This document shows positions 38,724 to 50,950 of a stretch of DNA of 64,000 nt, in pieces. Position numbers and translations under genes: made by a program. Source of the stretch: Octopus vulgaris (lineage: Eukaryota); assembly GCA_951406725.2 (NCBI GenBank), contig OX597830.1, forward strand, positions 45,756,001-45,820,000. Reading direction: 5' to 3'. Under the pieces are notes generated by a model that saw only the letters and a list, made by a program, of their open reading frames with translations, made no database searches and was not told the origin of the DNA. Each line of letters opens with the position of its first letter. The stretch's first letter is position 1.

Positions 38724-40569
38724 CAGGTGTTGGCAACCTGCAGCCTGCTGCTCCTCCTGTGCAGCCCACAGTGCCTTGTCTGGATTTCCATTATGTGTAA
38801 CCTGCAAGACATATCTCACAACCCAGTGGGGTTTTTTGAACCAACAGCCAATTTAACAGAGCCAATCAGCGGCCATCTTCTCCCCAACCAGAATAGGGTC
38901 CTACTTTCATGATACTGACACTGAATAAACATAACTTTGGAGAAGAATTCTGATAGAGTTAGAGAGAAAGAGGAAATCATCCTTTTGTCTGATACTGTAG
39001 TATAGCATCACTGTACAATAAGTTATTTTTTGCTTCTACTCCAATTGACTTGGTTATAAATATTTTTTCTGTGTTATTTCAGATGGCTGAAGGTACCCAA
39101 CCTGCAAAGAAGAGGAAGCTGTTGGACAAGAACCACTCCTTCAAGAAGGAATGGGAAGCGTTCTTCTTTGTCAAGCCCAAGGGAAAGGCTTTGTGTGTCA
39201 TCCGCCACAAGACACCATTATGAAGGTATGCAATGTGAAGCATTACTTCACTTTGGTGCACCCCAAGCAAGCTGCATTGCTTGACAAGAAGAAGGTAGAG
39301 TTCGGGCATCTGAGTGCCCAGCTGGGGAAGCAATGTGCCTTCATGAAGTGGTACCTCTCTCGAATATGTGGCATCATGATTGACAGTGTGCCCACCATGG
39401 TCGGGGACAAGAAGGGCTTTGCGGTGCTTCTTGTGAAGTACCTGCGCAGCTTTGGACACCAGCAGGATGTGAAACACTTTCACTGTCTGGTGCACCAGGA
39501 GGCTCTGTGCACCAAGTCTGACCATTACGGAGGTCATGACTGTCGTGGTCAGGGCTGTGAACTTCGTTTGCACCCGTGCTCTCAACCACAGACAGTTCTA
39601 TGCTCTTTTGGATGATGCTGAGGCAGAGTTTGGCAACCTGATCTACTTCTGCGAGGTCCATTGATTCAGCCAAGGAAGGATGTTGGAAAGAATCTTCAAT
39701 CTGAGGGATTAGCTGGTGTCTTTCCTGCGAGAGAAGGGCAATCCTGTCCCTCAGTTTGAGGATCCCACATGGGTGTGTGACCTGGGGTTACTGGTGGACA
39801 TTACTGGACATCTAAATGAGCTGAACATCCAGCTGCAGGGTAAAGATGTCTTGGTACCTGCCCTCCTCGCCCACGTGAAGGCATTTGAATGCAAACTTCG
39901 CCTGTGGAAGCATCGGTTCAACCAGAGGAAATTTACTCACTTCGCCCGCTTGGTTGAGCTGTGCCCAACCCCCACTGCTTGCCGTTACTACGCTGCTGCC
40001 CTGCGTGAGCTGTGAGGTGAATTCGAGAGGCGCTTCAAAGATGTGCACGCCAGTGAGAAAGAGCTCAAGCTATTCTTCGCTCCCTTTGATGTGGATTCTG
40101 TGGAAGTGGCTGATGACCTTCAGCTGGAGCACATTGGGCTCTAGTGCTCAGAGAGCCACTGCACAAAGTTTGTGCTTGAGTCACACATGGAGTTCTGGCG
40201 CTTGCTCTCAGCGTCTATGCTTAGCTTCATTGTTCAGGTCCACACACTCTTGCAAGCAGCTGTTCAGTCACATGAAGCTGATGAAGAACAAGACGAGAGC
40301 ACAGCTTACAGACGCTCATCTTCCAGACATTCTCCTTCTGGCCTCCTCGTCCATCAAGCCGGACACTGGCTCTCTATCTGTTTCAAAGAATCACCAGCCT
40401 TCACATTAATTGTTTCACATTGTGATTACTGCAACTCTTAAGAAAGGTTCAATTTACATTTATTATCATTGATTTTGTGTGTTTGTTATTTTTTCAGGTT
40501 GGGAGGGGGATGTGGCCTGCGAGGTGGCCTAGATGTGGTCTGTGACCTGGTTTAGGCTGCCAATGCCTA
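38724..40569 (+). mobile_element. hAT transposon, Buster/SPIN/GTF2IRD2-like, internally deleted and frameshifted
   Basis: Perfect 8-bp TSD CTCTACAC (38716-38723 and 40570-40577, central TA) and TIRs CAGGTGTTGGCAACCT / AGGCTGCCAATGCCTA. Transposase relic 39083-40409: MAEGTQPAKKRK, FKKEWEAFFFV, FHCLVHQEALC, DITGHLNELNIQLQGK, CKQLFSHMKLMKNKTRAQLTD. Confidence 0.93.
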
Positions 40570-42039
40570 CTCTACACAAATAGTTCTGATGAGTTTTCAT
40601 GTCAATTACATAATTTCAGACAAAAAGAGCATCTCATTAAGGAATCATTATTTCCTAATGAGAGCATGTTAATATGTTTGCTATAATTGTATGGTGCCTT
40701 GATAAATTATTGTTGGAGTGGCTAGAATAGGTAGTGGATAACCAGGTGGGTGGCAGGAGGTGGAATGAGATCATGAAACAAGTGTAATATAATCCATTTG
40801 CTTTGTTGTGCTAGATCTGTCCACAAACTAAGCAAACACTTTGAGAAAAGATAAGATAGATAATTATTAATTAGAAACATTGACACAAAAGGCATAATTG
40901 AAAGAATTAAATAATGGAGAAAAGTTTCTCTCTATATTTTCTATATCATTGTCTTTTTTGTACATTAGAATAAGCTGAGTGGGTATGTAAACTTTAAAAA
41001 AATGCGGTGATGGTGGTTGGGGGGGGGGGGGTCAGCAGCTTATAGGAGTGACTGTTCAAGATAGGATAAACTACTTTGCTCTTTTACACAATGCAATGTT
41101 AACAACAATACATACGCACACTGAAAGAGATGGTAGAAAGGAACAAGAAGGAAATTTATAAGGAAATATGCACAACCAGAAGCACATGGGTTTCATTCCT
41201 TCATCAGCTGTTCTCTGGAAATCATTATAGTTTCAACACATATCTGACTCAAGAAATTCTGAAACTAAACCATTTGGTTATAAAATACCTAAGGAGTTAT
41301 GCCTCAAAAGTGTATTAGACAGCATATCAGTATCTCCATTGAATGACATAATACAATAAATAATATTGGTATATCAGCTGAATGCCCATAAATAATACAA
41401 ACAGTTCACAGAGTGGAATAAATTAATTTGCTGTAGTCTGATGTTTGAGAGACAGGCTTTCATCAGAGGAGCAACTAATTACAAAAGTAATTTCTTACTT
41501 CTTTAATGAATGGTCCAAAATGCCAGACTTTTTGTCCTCCTCATGACAAAATCTAAATTTTTCTTCTTAGTGAACGGTCAGAATCTTAGTCAAGCTAAGT
41601 AAAGATTGATGATTAAAGAACAAGCAAAATAAATAAGGTCTACACTGGTTTATAATAAATTAATCATCATCATTATTTTACAGACTGCTATTTCATATTG
41701 GCATGGGTTGGATGGGTCTGCAATATGGTCCTTTAAATCACCTGTCATTCTATCTGTAATTCCAACACCCTGACACCAGACTTCATCATACCTTGCTTTG
41801 TTTACACACCAATGAGACAGCCTCAATGCTCAAAGGATAACAGCTAAATTTTACCCAAATAACACTCTTTGTAATCTCTTGATTACATTTTATAATGTAG
41901 ACAAGAGTACATAATGCCTTTAAAAAAAAAAAAAGGACGAGATGGTCACAGAAGGAATGCTTTTGGTGTAGGTCTGATTTGGAGCTAAACAAAAATATCT
42001 TCTGCTGTGGGTGTTTTTTCTTTTGTCAGCAAATAACAT

Positions 42040-42560
42040 TCCTTCCCTTAACCAGTATCATGTCTTTGCATCAGAGCTGCCTCTCTTGCACATATATAGC
42101 CCTAAAAAAGCCTTTGATCTAAGCTACTTTTTCAGTCTAAGTTAACATTCCACATAACAACAAATCACACTCAACCCATTTTCTCACCACTTTCTACGGA
42201 TCTTCTTCTGCATTCAATATTTGCACTACACTTGCTACACATTTCTAAAATCTACTTTTTGCACAGAGAGAAAGAAAGAGAAAAATTTTATTGCCGACCG
42301 TGGCTACAATTTACTACACTTCTTACTTTAGCTATTATATACCTTCTCTCCGATCAACTTCAGTATTAATTAGGTCACCCAGATTAACATAAACTATTGA
42401 CTACTTTTCAAAAGCTACCTGAGCAGTTCATGGATTGCATATCATGAGTGCTTTTATTATTAACTATTCCAGTACATTAACTCTACCTGAAATTGCAGTT
42501 TTATTTGCATTGAGACACAAATTCCCACCTACTTGTTTCGGTACATCATGTAATGCCAGT
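42040..42560 (-). mobile_element. Highly decayed RTE-like LINE remnant
   Basis: Weak colinear similarity to 22130-22600, for example ggtcacccaga...ctatt.actact and tcagagctgcctctcttgcaca. Confidence 0.45.
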
Positions 42561-42634
42561 TTCCGAGATGGCTCTAGATTAAGTCATTTTGAAGTGTTTA
42601 CTATTTCTTAAACAGTAACATAACAGATGCACAG

Positions 42635-42950
42635 GGAAGACGCATGCCTTACTGGTTAAGTGTATTTAGCTCATGACTGTAAAGTTGTGAGTTCGAATCC
42701 AGGCAGTGCACTGTGTCCTTCAGCAAGACACTTTATTTCACTTTATTGCTCCACTCTGCCAGCAAAAATTAGTTGTACCTGATAAGTCAAAGGGCCAGCC
42801 TTGTCGTATTCTGTTATGTTGAATCTCCTTGAGAACTATGTTAAGGGTATTTGCTAAAGATGTTTGTGGAGTGCTCAACCACTTGCACAATATTTCCATC
42901 GTTTAGGTCAACAGCAACATTCATCATTGTACTTGATGGAATGCCAGTTA
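42635..42950 (+). mobile_element. tRNA-derived SINE, older relative of family C
   Basis: B-box GTTCGAATCC, a CORE-like gtgtccttcagcaagacacttt segment, and a body gttgtacctg...aagggccagccttgtc...gagaacta..ttaagggta...tgtggagtgctca shared with 19520-19630. Confidence 0.7.
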
Positions 42951-42955
42951 AAATA

Positions 42956-44259
42956 TTGGGTCGTCCCATAACACGGTTTTTCAATTGCATCAACTATAAG
43001 TCAGAGAGGGATGGGATAAACTACTTGCATCAACTTGCTATAAAAACAGGTAGTAATTTTATCTTGTGCTTATTCTTAGTGCAAGTTTTGAAGAGTGCAG
43101 TTCAATTTTAACAGTTACTTTTCAAAGCTATAATGGAAGTGACAAAGGAGCATATTCAGAACATTTTGCTTTATGAGTTCAATAAAGGCTACAACACAAT
43201 GGAAAGTATGAGGAATATTAATGCAGTATATAGGGATCGGAAAATAAGCATAAGCTAAAGTCAAAGGTGGTTCTAGAAATTCCAAGCCAGAAACTACAAC
43301 CGAGAGGATGAGCCTTGTCCTGAAAGATCTGTAGAACTTGACGAGGACATCCTGCAAACCCTGGTGAAACAAAATCCAATCACAGCTGTTGAGGAACTAG
43401 CAGAGAAGCTTGGATTTGGTCATTCAGCCATTTATCAACACCTGCGTGCCTATGGAAAAGTCAGAAAATTGGGTCAATGAGTTCCTCATAAACTTTCTGA
43501 GTCTAGTCATGCACAGAGAGTGAATGTGTGCTCTTCTTTGCTGTCATGCCTCACGAATGATCCTTTTTTTCTTTCGCACCAAGTAGTGACTGGTGATGAG
43601 AAATGGGTTCTCTATAAAAATGTCAAGTGCCGAAGACATTGGGTAGGGAAAGGAGAAATACCAGCACCACAGGCTAAAGAAGGTCTTTATCCACATATAG
43701 TGCTGTTATCTGTTTGGTGGGATATGAAAGGTTTAGTCCGCTTTGAACTGTTAAACCCAAACCAAATGATAACAAAGGAGATCTACTGTGAGCAGCTTGA
43801 GTGGCTGAAGTCAACATTAGAAGAAAAACAACTGTCTTTGCTTTCAAGACGAAAGGTGTTCTTCCATCACAATAAAGCTTGGCCATATACAGCGAGGATG
43901 ATATTCCAAAGGCAGGAGCAGTTTGAATGGGAAACAATGCCTCATCCACCATATTCAATGGACATTGCTCCCATCTAATTATCATCTATTCTACAGTCTT
44001 CAAAATCATTTGGACGGAAAAAATATGAATATTGTGGACAAGGTCAGAACAGTACTGAAGGAGTATTTTTCATCACGGACAAGTGAATTTTGGAAGAGGG
44101 CCTTGCAAGTCTCCCAGATAGATGGGAGAGCATTGTAGAAAATGAAGGAGAGTATATTTTAGATTAAAAAAGAACTTTGTTTATCTTAATTTTGAAAAAA
44201 TAAAAGAAATATATATATAAAAAAAAATGTATTATTTATGGGATGACCCCCCACCCCAA
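42956..44259 (+). mobile_element. Full-length, inactivated mariner element (DD34D type)
   Basis: TA|TTGGGTCGTCCCATAA ... TTATGGGATGACC(c-rich insertion)CCAA|TA. Transposase relic 43133-44167: MEVTKEHIQNILLYEFNKG, VTGDEKWVLY, LLSVWWD, HHNKAWPY, HPPYSMDIAPSNYHLF, with stops and frameshifts. Confidence 0.93.
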
Positions 44260-45165
44260 TAGTTGCACATAAAATAAATAGGATTTAACGTTTGGAACAA
44301 TACAGGTAATTAAAAATATATCAGCCAATGATTTAACTTACTATAAAAAAAATAAATAAATAACATTTTTTCTAATCCTTCACTAAGAAACCAACAGTTT
44401 AATTAACCTTTTAGTTAGCTAGCAATTAGAATTAAACAAGAATGAAGTCATTACTTGAATGTAAGCAAACTAATTGAATAGCTGGCTATGATAATGATCA
44501 TCTACAGTTTTCTCTAAAATACTCAGTAGACATCACAAATTCTTTGTCCAATTGCAACTAGAAGAGTTGTATTGTGAATAGTTGAAAAACGTAACTGAAA
44601 GGTTAAACAAAGCCAACTTATGAAATCAAAGATTTAAGCTGCCAGTTAATCTAGGCCAACATTGGCTAATTTAGGGCTGGTCAGATAAGTCATGTACGCT
44701 CAAACAGGCTGTACACAACATATTTCAAGGATGATTATTTTCTTACATTTTTTAAAGTGAATTTCTTTCAACAATTATTTATACAAATATTTTGGTAATA
44801 GTTCACAATTTCCTGTTATCTGTATATACACAGTCTCTCTCTCTTATACACACATACGTGTGTGTGTGTGTGTAAGTTTTCAATTTCCTGTAGTCTGTGT
44901 ACATGTAAGTTACAATTTCCTCTTTTCACTCACTCCCACACAACAAAAATTACCTGCTACTAGGTTTACCTTTTGTCTATAACTTTCCATAGAAGAAAAG
45001 ATTCATTTCTGAAACACTATTTCAATCATGAAACTAAGTAGAAAATTAGAGAAAATAATGTTTTCATAAAATCAATTAAAATCAATGCTAAGACCAACTG
45101 ACAGCTCAGGCACAATCTTAATGAAATTTATAAAAATGCAATTAAATAAATTTATGCAACCTCTA

Positions 45166-45680
45166 CATCATCATCATTGTTTAATGTCTGCTTTCCATGC
45201 TAGCATGGGTTGGACGATTTTGACTGAGGGCTGGCGAACCAGATGGCTGCACCAGGCTCCAGTCTTGATCTGGCAGAGTTTCTACAGTTGGATGCCCTTC
45301 CTAACGCCAACCATTTCGAGAGTGTAGTGGGTGCTTTTTACATGCCACCAGCACAGTGGCCAGTCAGGCGGTACTGGCAACGACCTCGCTCAAATCTTTT
45401 TACAGGTGCCAGTAAGGCGGCGTTGGTAACGATCACGCTTGAATAGTGCCACCGGCACGGAAGCCAGTTGGCTGCTCTGGCAATGATCACGCTCAGATGG
45501 TGCTCTTGGCACCCTACTAGCATGGGCACAAGTGTCAATAAGGCAACATTGGTAATGATCACACTCAAATGGTGCCCTTTTATGTACCACTGGCACAGAA
45601 GCTGGTTAGCCACTCTGTCAAACGATCACACTCGTATGGTGCTCTTTGCACCCCACTAGCATGGATGCCAATCATCGAAA
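45166..45680 (-). mobile_element. 5'-truncated RTE-like LINE 3' UTR with expanded internal subrepeats
   Basis: (CAT)n tail, conserved core, then several 60-70 nt units built on tggyaaygatcacrctyraatggtgc. Confidence 0.85.
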
Positions 45681-45959
45681 TAAACTTATACATAGATATG
45701 CATGTGCATGTATATATACATACATGTAAGTGTGTATATGTATTTTCAAACTATGCTTTAAACTGAAATGATCATGGTATAATAGTTAAAAGTAATGTTT
45801 TTACCAAATATTCCTTGAAGAAAAGAAGATCAATTGGGGAAAAAAACTGCATTATACTCCCTTTGTGCTAGAATACTGCACTCATTCAAGAGTTGATTGA
45901 TACTTTTGTCACTTTTCCTGCAGATTCTACATGAGCGTTTGACTGAGTTTTGTCAATCT

Positions 45960-47500
45960 TTGCTTTTATCAGAGTTGTTCTTATAGCCTGTTTCTAAATG
46001 GCTACAATTAAGCATTTCAGTTTCTCATTTCAAGTTCCCGTCTGTTAGGCAGAGTCAGTGTTCTTTACTTCCAACGATTTTATTGCATTAACTACCCATG
46101 TAATTTCAATTCTTTCCATTTGCTTGTTTTGTTGTTCTTCCTTCTCTCTCTGAATTCTACTGTTTCAGGCATTTTTGAGGTATCTCTGGCTGCTGACAGT
46201 ACTTTTTCATTACTCTGCATAACATAATTTACCAAAGCCAATATCACAATACCAATGGTGTTTTCTACATTTAATAATCTGCTGCCACCTTCCTGTCTTG
46301 ATGGGTAAAACCTGTCAGTATTACTTTTAGTCTGGTATGCGTTGTACATTGTGAACAGTTTTTAGTTCTTCTATTCAAGTTCTGTAGCTTGACTTTTGTC
46401 CATTTCAAAAATGGAGCAAAGTATAGCCCATGTACTTATGGCTTTAATGATGTTCCCGCCATTCAATTTTGTTTTGAGCACCTTCCTAATTCTTCTCTTA
46501 TACTCTTTATTCACTTTCTCTATCTGTTCTCCTTCCATTATCCTATCCTCTTGCAGTACTCCAAGGTATTTGTCTCCTTCACTATTCCACAGCAATCTAA
46601 TGATGTTGCATTGTGGTAATTTTATGCCATCAAAATTTACTTTCCAGTTTCTCTTCATAATTATCACTTTGCACTTATTTAACTAAACTGCATTCCAATA
46701 TAATTACTGAATACTCTTACTGTTTGGATCAAAGAATACTCATTTTTCATATACAGCCTGAGGTCATGCATAAGAAGTAGGTGATTTATTTCCATGTTGG
46801 CTTTGGTAAACTCGCAGGTAGGCCTGGATTTTCTCAGTATAGTTGTCTGAGGGATTAACACAATAATGAAGAGTAATGCAGAGCATTAGTCTCCCTGGTA
46901 AAGGTCCTTACATATTTATTCATTTTTCTGGTGATTCATTTGTACATGTCAGTTCTACTTCTCACACATTCATTGCTTTTACCAAAAAGTTGTTATCTCC
47001 TCATTGACTCTGAGTGTTCTTAGGCATTCTAAGAGCCAGCTGTGTGGAACATAGTCTTAAGCCTTCCTGTAATTTATCCATTCAACAGCTAAATTCTTTT
47101 TCCTTACTTGTGCCTCAGTTAATATTCTATTATCAATACATAGCAGATCAGCAGTTCCCTTAATTTCTTTCTACATCTTTTCTGCTCCCCTGTCAATAGA
47201 TTCTCCTTTTTTAGAAAACTGTATAGATCATCTGTTATGAGGCCAGTTAATTTCCAGAGTAATTATAAACATATAATAGGTCTATAATTGCTGACTTCCC
47301 CTCTTAATGCTTTGTCCTTCTTATTGACATCCATGTTGGTGTTCCATTTTCTATCCAGTCAGTGCAAAAACAGTTGCATGTAATTGTATATACTCAGGAG
47401 AATTTTGAGCCAGAAACCCGGGGCACCATCTGGCTCAGGACTTTCCACTTTGGGATTTTCTTGATCATCACTTTTACTTTTTTATCCATGATTGCTATAT
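45960..47500 (-). mobile_element. Decayed Dong/R4-like (RLE-clade) LINE, RT region
   Basis: Minus-strand fragments INHLLLMHDLRLY (decayed FMDD motif), DKYLGVLQ...KEYKRRIRKVLKTKLNGGNIIKAISTWA and TDRFYPSRQEGGSRLLNVE. Confidence 0.8.
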
Positions 47501-47515
47501 TTTTGTGTCACCCCA

Positions 47516-47596
47516 TTCTTCTTCTTCTTCCTCTTCTTCTTCCTCCTCCTCCTCTTCCTCTTCTTCTTCCTCCTCCTCCTACTGCTACTACTACTC
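47516..47596. repeat. (CTT/CCT/CTA)n trinucleotide repeat
   Basis: Directly visible. It explains the Leu/Pro and Gly/Arg-rich spurious ORFs. Confidence 0.9.
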
Positions 47597-49063
47597 TTGC
47601 TTTTGAAACCAAAATAATTAAAAAAAATACTTCTAAGTCAAGAAAAAAGTAAAGAAACTGTAAAGTAAGTAAGATAAGAAAAGCCATTTTAAGAGCTGGT
47701 AAAACAAAGTCTAAAAGCATGAAAGAAAACACTGAGAATGAGAAAGCACAATGGAACAAATATCTCCTGATTTCAGAATGTCATGATGGATTAGCTGAAG
47801 AAACTGGTGGTTATTCACATTAAAATAGGAGAGTCACAAAATAGAATTAAACAACCAATCAATATAGAAATCAATAAGTTATTGATGGTATTTATTCAGG
47901 TTTCACTTGAAATTATCAGGAAGGATAGTAATTGCAATTCCAGAAAAAGGAAATGTAAAGGAATTTCTTATGCTTATTAGAATGAAAGGAACAACATTCA
48001 TAAATGGGAAACTAATTGATAACCAATTGCTTGCAATGAAATTCAAAGTGCCACAAGAATCCACCATTATTTCTGTACAAGGAACTTATAGGAAGCTGGG
48101 GTTATGCAATTTCAATGAAACCACAGAACATATTTCAATAGATTTTACTCAACAAATTAATTTCATTACAATTAGGTTAAATCTAATTACAACTGTTTCA
48201 ATATCTTATAACTTCTATTGAGTATAAATGTATCCAATTGGAAAATTTAACCCTAAAATATTTACACAAGTTTGTGTTTTCAAGTTACACAATATACACT
48301 CTCTATTGTAGATACAAATAGAACAAATCGACTAAAAGAACTATTTGTCTATGTTATCTAATTACTCTCATAGAAAGTCATATTAGCAGTAGGGAAATAT
48401 CAAAATCCAAGGAAACAGGCATTGATCTGTGTCAGCAAAAAAAGTTCGATAGGTTTAATAGATGAGAGGAGTGAAAGATCTTGAATTTCAAGGATTGTCC
48501 TTCATTTGAGTGTGACTACACTGATGACATTTCCCCATTGGGCTTGTCATATGTTTATTGTGGTGAATCAGCTCAAAAATGCTTTTGGAGAGGGTTGGTT
48601 TAAAAAGCAATGTAGTTAAAAATTTGATAATGGGTATAAAAGCAAACAGATCTGTCCTTTATATTCAACTGTAGATGGTGAATGGATTTGTTTACTTCTC
48701 ACCAATGATCCAATCAAAGTTCAAGATTGTAACATGCACTCCTTTCAGAAGAGTGGCATTCAGACAATGGCTCCAAAGATGCATCACAGTCTACATGGAA
48801 ATCTGTGTCCCAGACATTGAAACATTTTCTTTTATATAGTTGTTCAACTTATAACGTTTCTGAGAGAAATGCTACATTTTTGCTTTAGTGACTGAATGTA
48901 AACTACACCAATGGAACTCAAAAGCCAGCTTCTTCAATGGTTTAACTTTTGTCCTAACATCCATCATATCAACCCAACATAAACACTACATTTGGGTTGG
49001 CAGTTGGAAACAAAACTATAAGTCACCAAGGTAGATATCTGATACCTTTCCAACTATCAATTA

Positions 49064-49460
49064 CTATCAGTATCGCCCAGTGTTGCTCGGGTTTGTTTCG
49101 ACCCTTTAGAATTGGAATTTTTGAAAAGTAAAAATTTTGCATTATGTAGCTTGTTATTCTCTTTAAGTGAACATTTTTCTGGTTGAACTACACCATAAAA
49201 TGGCAACACCGCAGTCAAAAAATCGTAAAAATAGGGATTTTCATAGAAAAAAAGCACCTTTTTGATGTAAATAATTTTTGGTCTTAACATGGTCCAATTT
49301 GAATTTTATCTTCTACGGAATGAAGAGCAAGCCTTCTTCTATCATACTCTCAATTTTGGTCAACTCGCGCCGCGGGGTCTCGGAGGAGATAGTGTTAGTT
49401 GAGGGCTACCAAACCTGCCACACACACACACAGACAACTTCAGTTTTATATATAGTGAGA
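49064..49460 (-). mobile_element. Non-autonomous Helitron-like element, copy 2 (inverted relative to 11133-11522)
   Basis: The reverse complement aligns end to end with copy 1 at high identity. The 3' end reads ATAG|T instead of CTAG|T. Confidence 0.85.
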
Positions 49461-50149
49461 TTTGTCATTAGTCTGCTAGAAACTGTCAGGCCAGTGACAA
49501 GTGTCATCTAAGGCATGTGTTCTTAACCTGTCTCCAACTGGAGCAGAAATAAGTCTGCCTGATGAAGGGCAATATAAATTGGAAATAATCATACGAGATT
49601 ATAGAATTTTATACCATCATCAACCAAAGGAAATGAATAAACCATGGTTGTTTTTCCTGAGTTGCAGAGAAAAAAAATAGCAAAAAAAAATTGCACAAAC
49701 TCAGTTAATTCCTTCTTTAATAATAAAAAAAAAAAATTAAAAAAAATAAAAAAAACTTATGAAAGTTTAGCTTGAGAAAGATTTACCCACTAGCATAGTA
49801 ATTTATTACTTGGTTTTCAACAAATCTTATTGTAATGATGGTCATGTGATGATAAAAGAGAATTTCATCACCATACTGAAACATAGAAGTGACCCAGGGA
49901 CCGTTAATGCTTTCTCTCTCTCTCAGCTATTTTAGCTACCTGTGATTGGCCTCATAGTAGAAATAAATTTACTATCCTTATGAAATGTTAAATAATAGCT
50001 AGAGAAAAAATTAATTCCAAATTCAAAAAAGGAATTCAAAATACAAAAGCTTTGTATCATTTTTATAAATTTTAATTTTTGTTCTTAACCTTTAGATTTT
50101 GTCTGAAGCCTATGTTTATACAAATGGTAGTGGGGAGAGAGAGAGAGTG

Positions 50150-50950
50150 AGAAATATAGAGAAGACTACTATGGTTTGGACACATGGTGTGTATGAATAA
50201 AGATAGCTGTATAAAGAAGTGCTGATTGCTTAATGTGGATGGAACCTGTGGAAGAGGGAGACCCAGAAATACATGGGATGACGTAGTGAGGACTGATCTC
50301 AAGATGTTGAGCCTCACGGAACAGATGATAATGGACTGACATATTAAGTTCTTGAAAAGGCCTGTCCACCTCGGCAAAACAGTTCTGGAAGCACTATGTG
50401 TTCCACCCACATGTAATTCACACATGACACACTAAAGAACCAAACTACACCTCTTCATGCACTAATGTCTATCTCTACCCCCACCTCCCCATCCAGTGCT
50501 GTCTTGTCACCCTCCTCCCCTCTCACTCTTACACACTTGTGAACACTGCTTACTCCCCCTGTATAATTTTCTACCATTCCATTTACATTCACCTCTTTGA
50601 ACCTTGAGGCTACACCCTGACATGCTGCTTTCCTCTCTCTCTCTCTCTCTCTTTCTCTCTGATTGAAATAGCCCCATGTCTCTCTCCTCTTTCATACTTT
50701 GACTCATCCCCTGACACAAAGCCACCTCCCTCAATACCACTCTCTCTCAGTTGAGGAATCTTTGTCTTGCAACTTATTTGGTGAGCTTATTGGTGCCAGT
50801 GCCATATAAAAAGTACCTAGTATACTCTGTAAACTGGTTGGCATTAGGAAGGGCATCCATCTATGACAACCACGCCAAAGCAGACAGCAGAATTTGGTAC
50901 AGCTCCTGTCAAACTGTCCAACCTATACTAGCATGATGATGACGATGATG
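50150..50950 (+). mobile_element. RTE-like LINE 3' portion in + orientation
   Basis: Reads RRLLWFGHMVCMNKDSCIKKC...VDGTCGRGRPRNTWDDVV, then ggttggcattaggaagggcatcc and ends in a (GAT)n tail. Confidence 0.75.

Noticed and set aside
39079-40048. Long minus-strand ORFs 39079..39585, 39374..39673 and 39812..40048
   Set aside because: Antisense shadows of the GC-rich hAT transposase relic.
44954-45008. Possible 55-nt minus-strand exon (gtttcag|...CAG|gtaatt; MESYRQKVNLVA, phase 1) that could splice in frame to 24382
   Set aside because: No homology support, and such AG/GT pairs are expected by chance in 40 kb of intron.
45330-45680. Repeat-spacer-like periodicity resembling a CRISPR array (also at 34550-34850 and 13820-13995)
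   Set aside because: The units are degenerate, the spacers are homologous to each other, the array is part of a LINE 3' UTR, the context is eukaryotic and there are no cas genes.
49555-49600. CTGATGA...GAAA hammerhead-like core (also near 33917 and 41460) suggestive of Penelope-type repeats
   Set aside because: I could not build the required helices or cleavage triplet. An Infernal search with hammerhead models would be needed.
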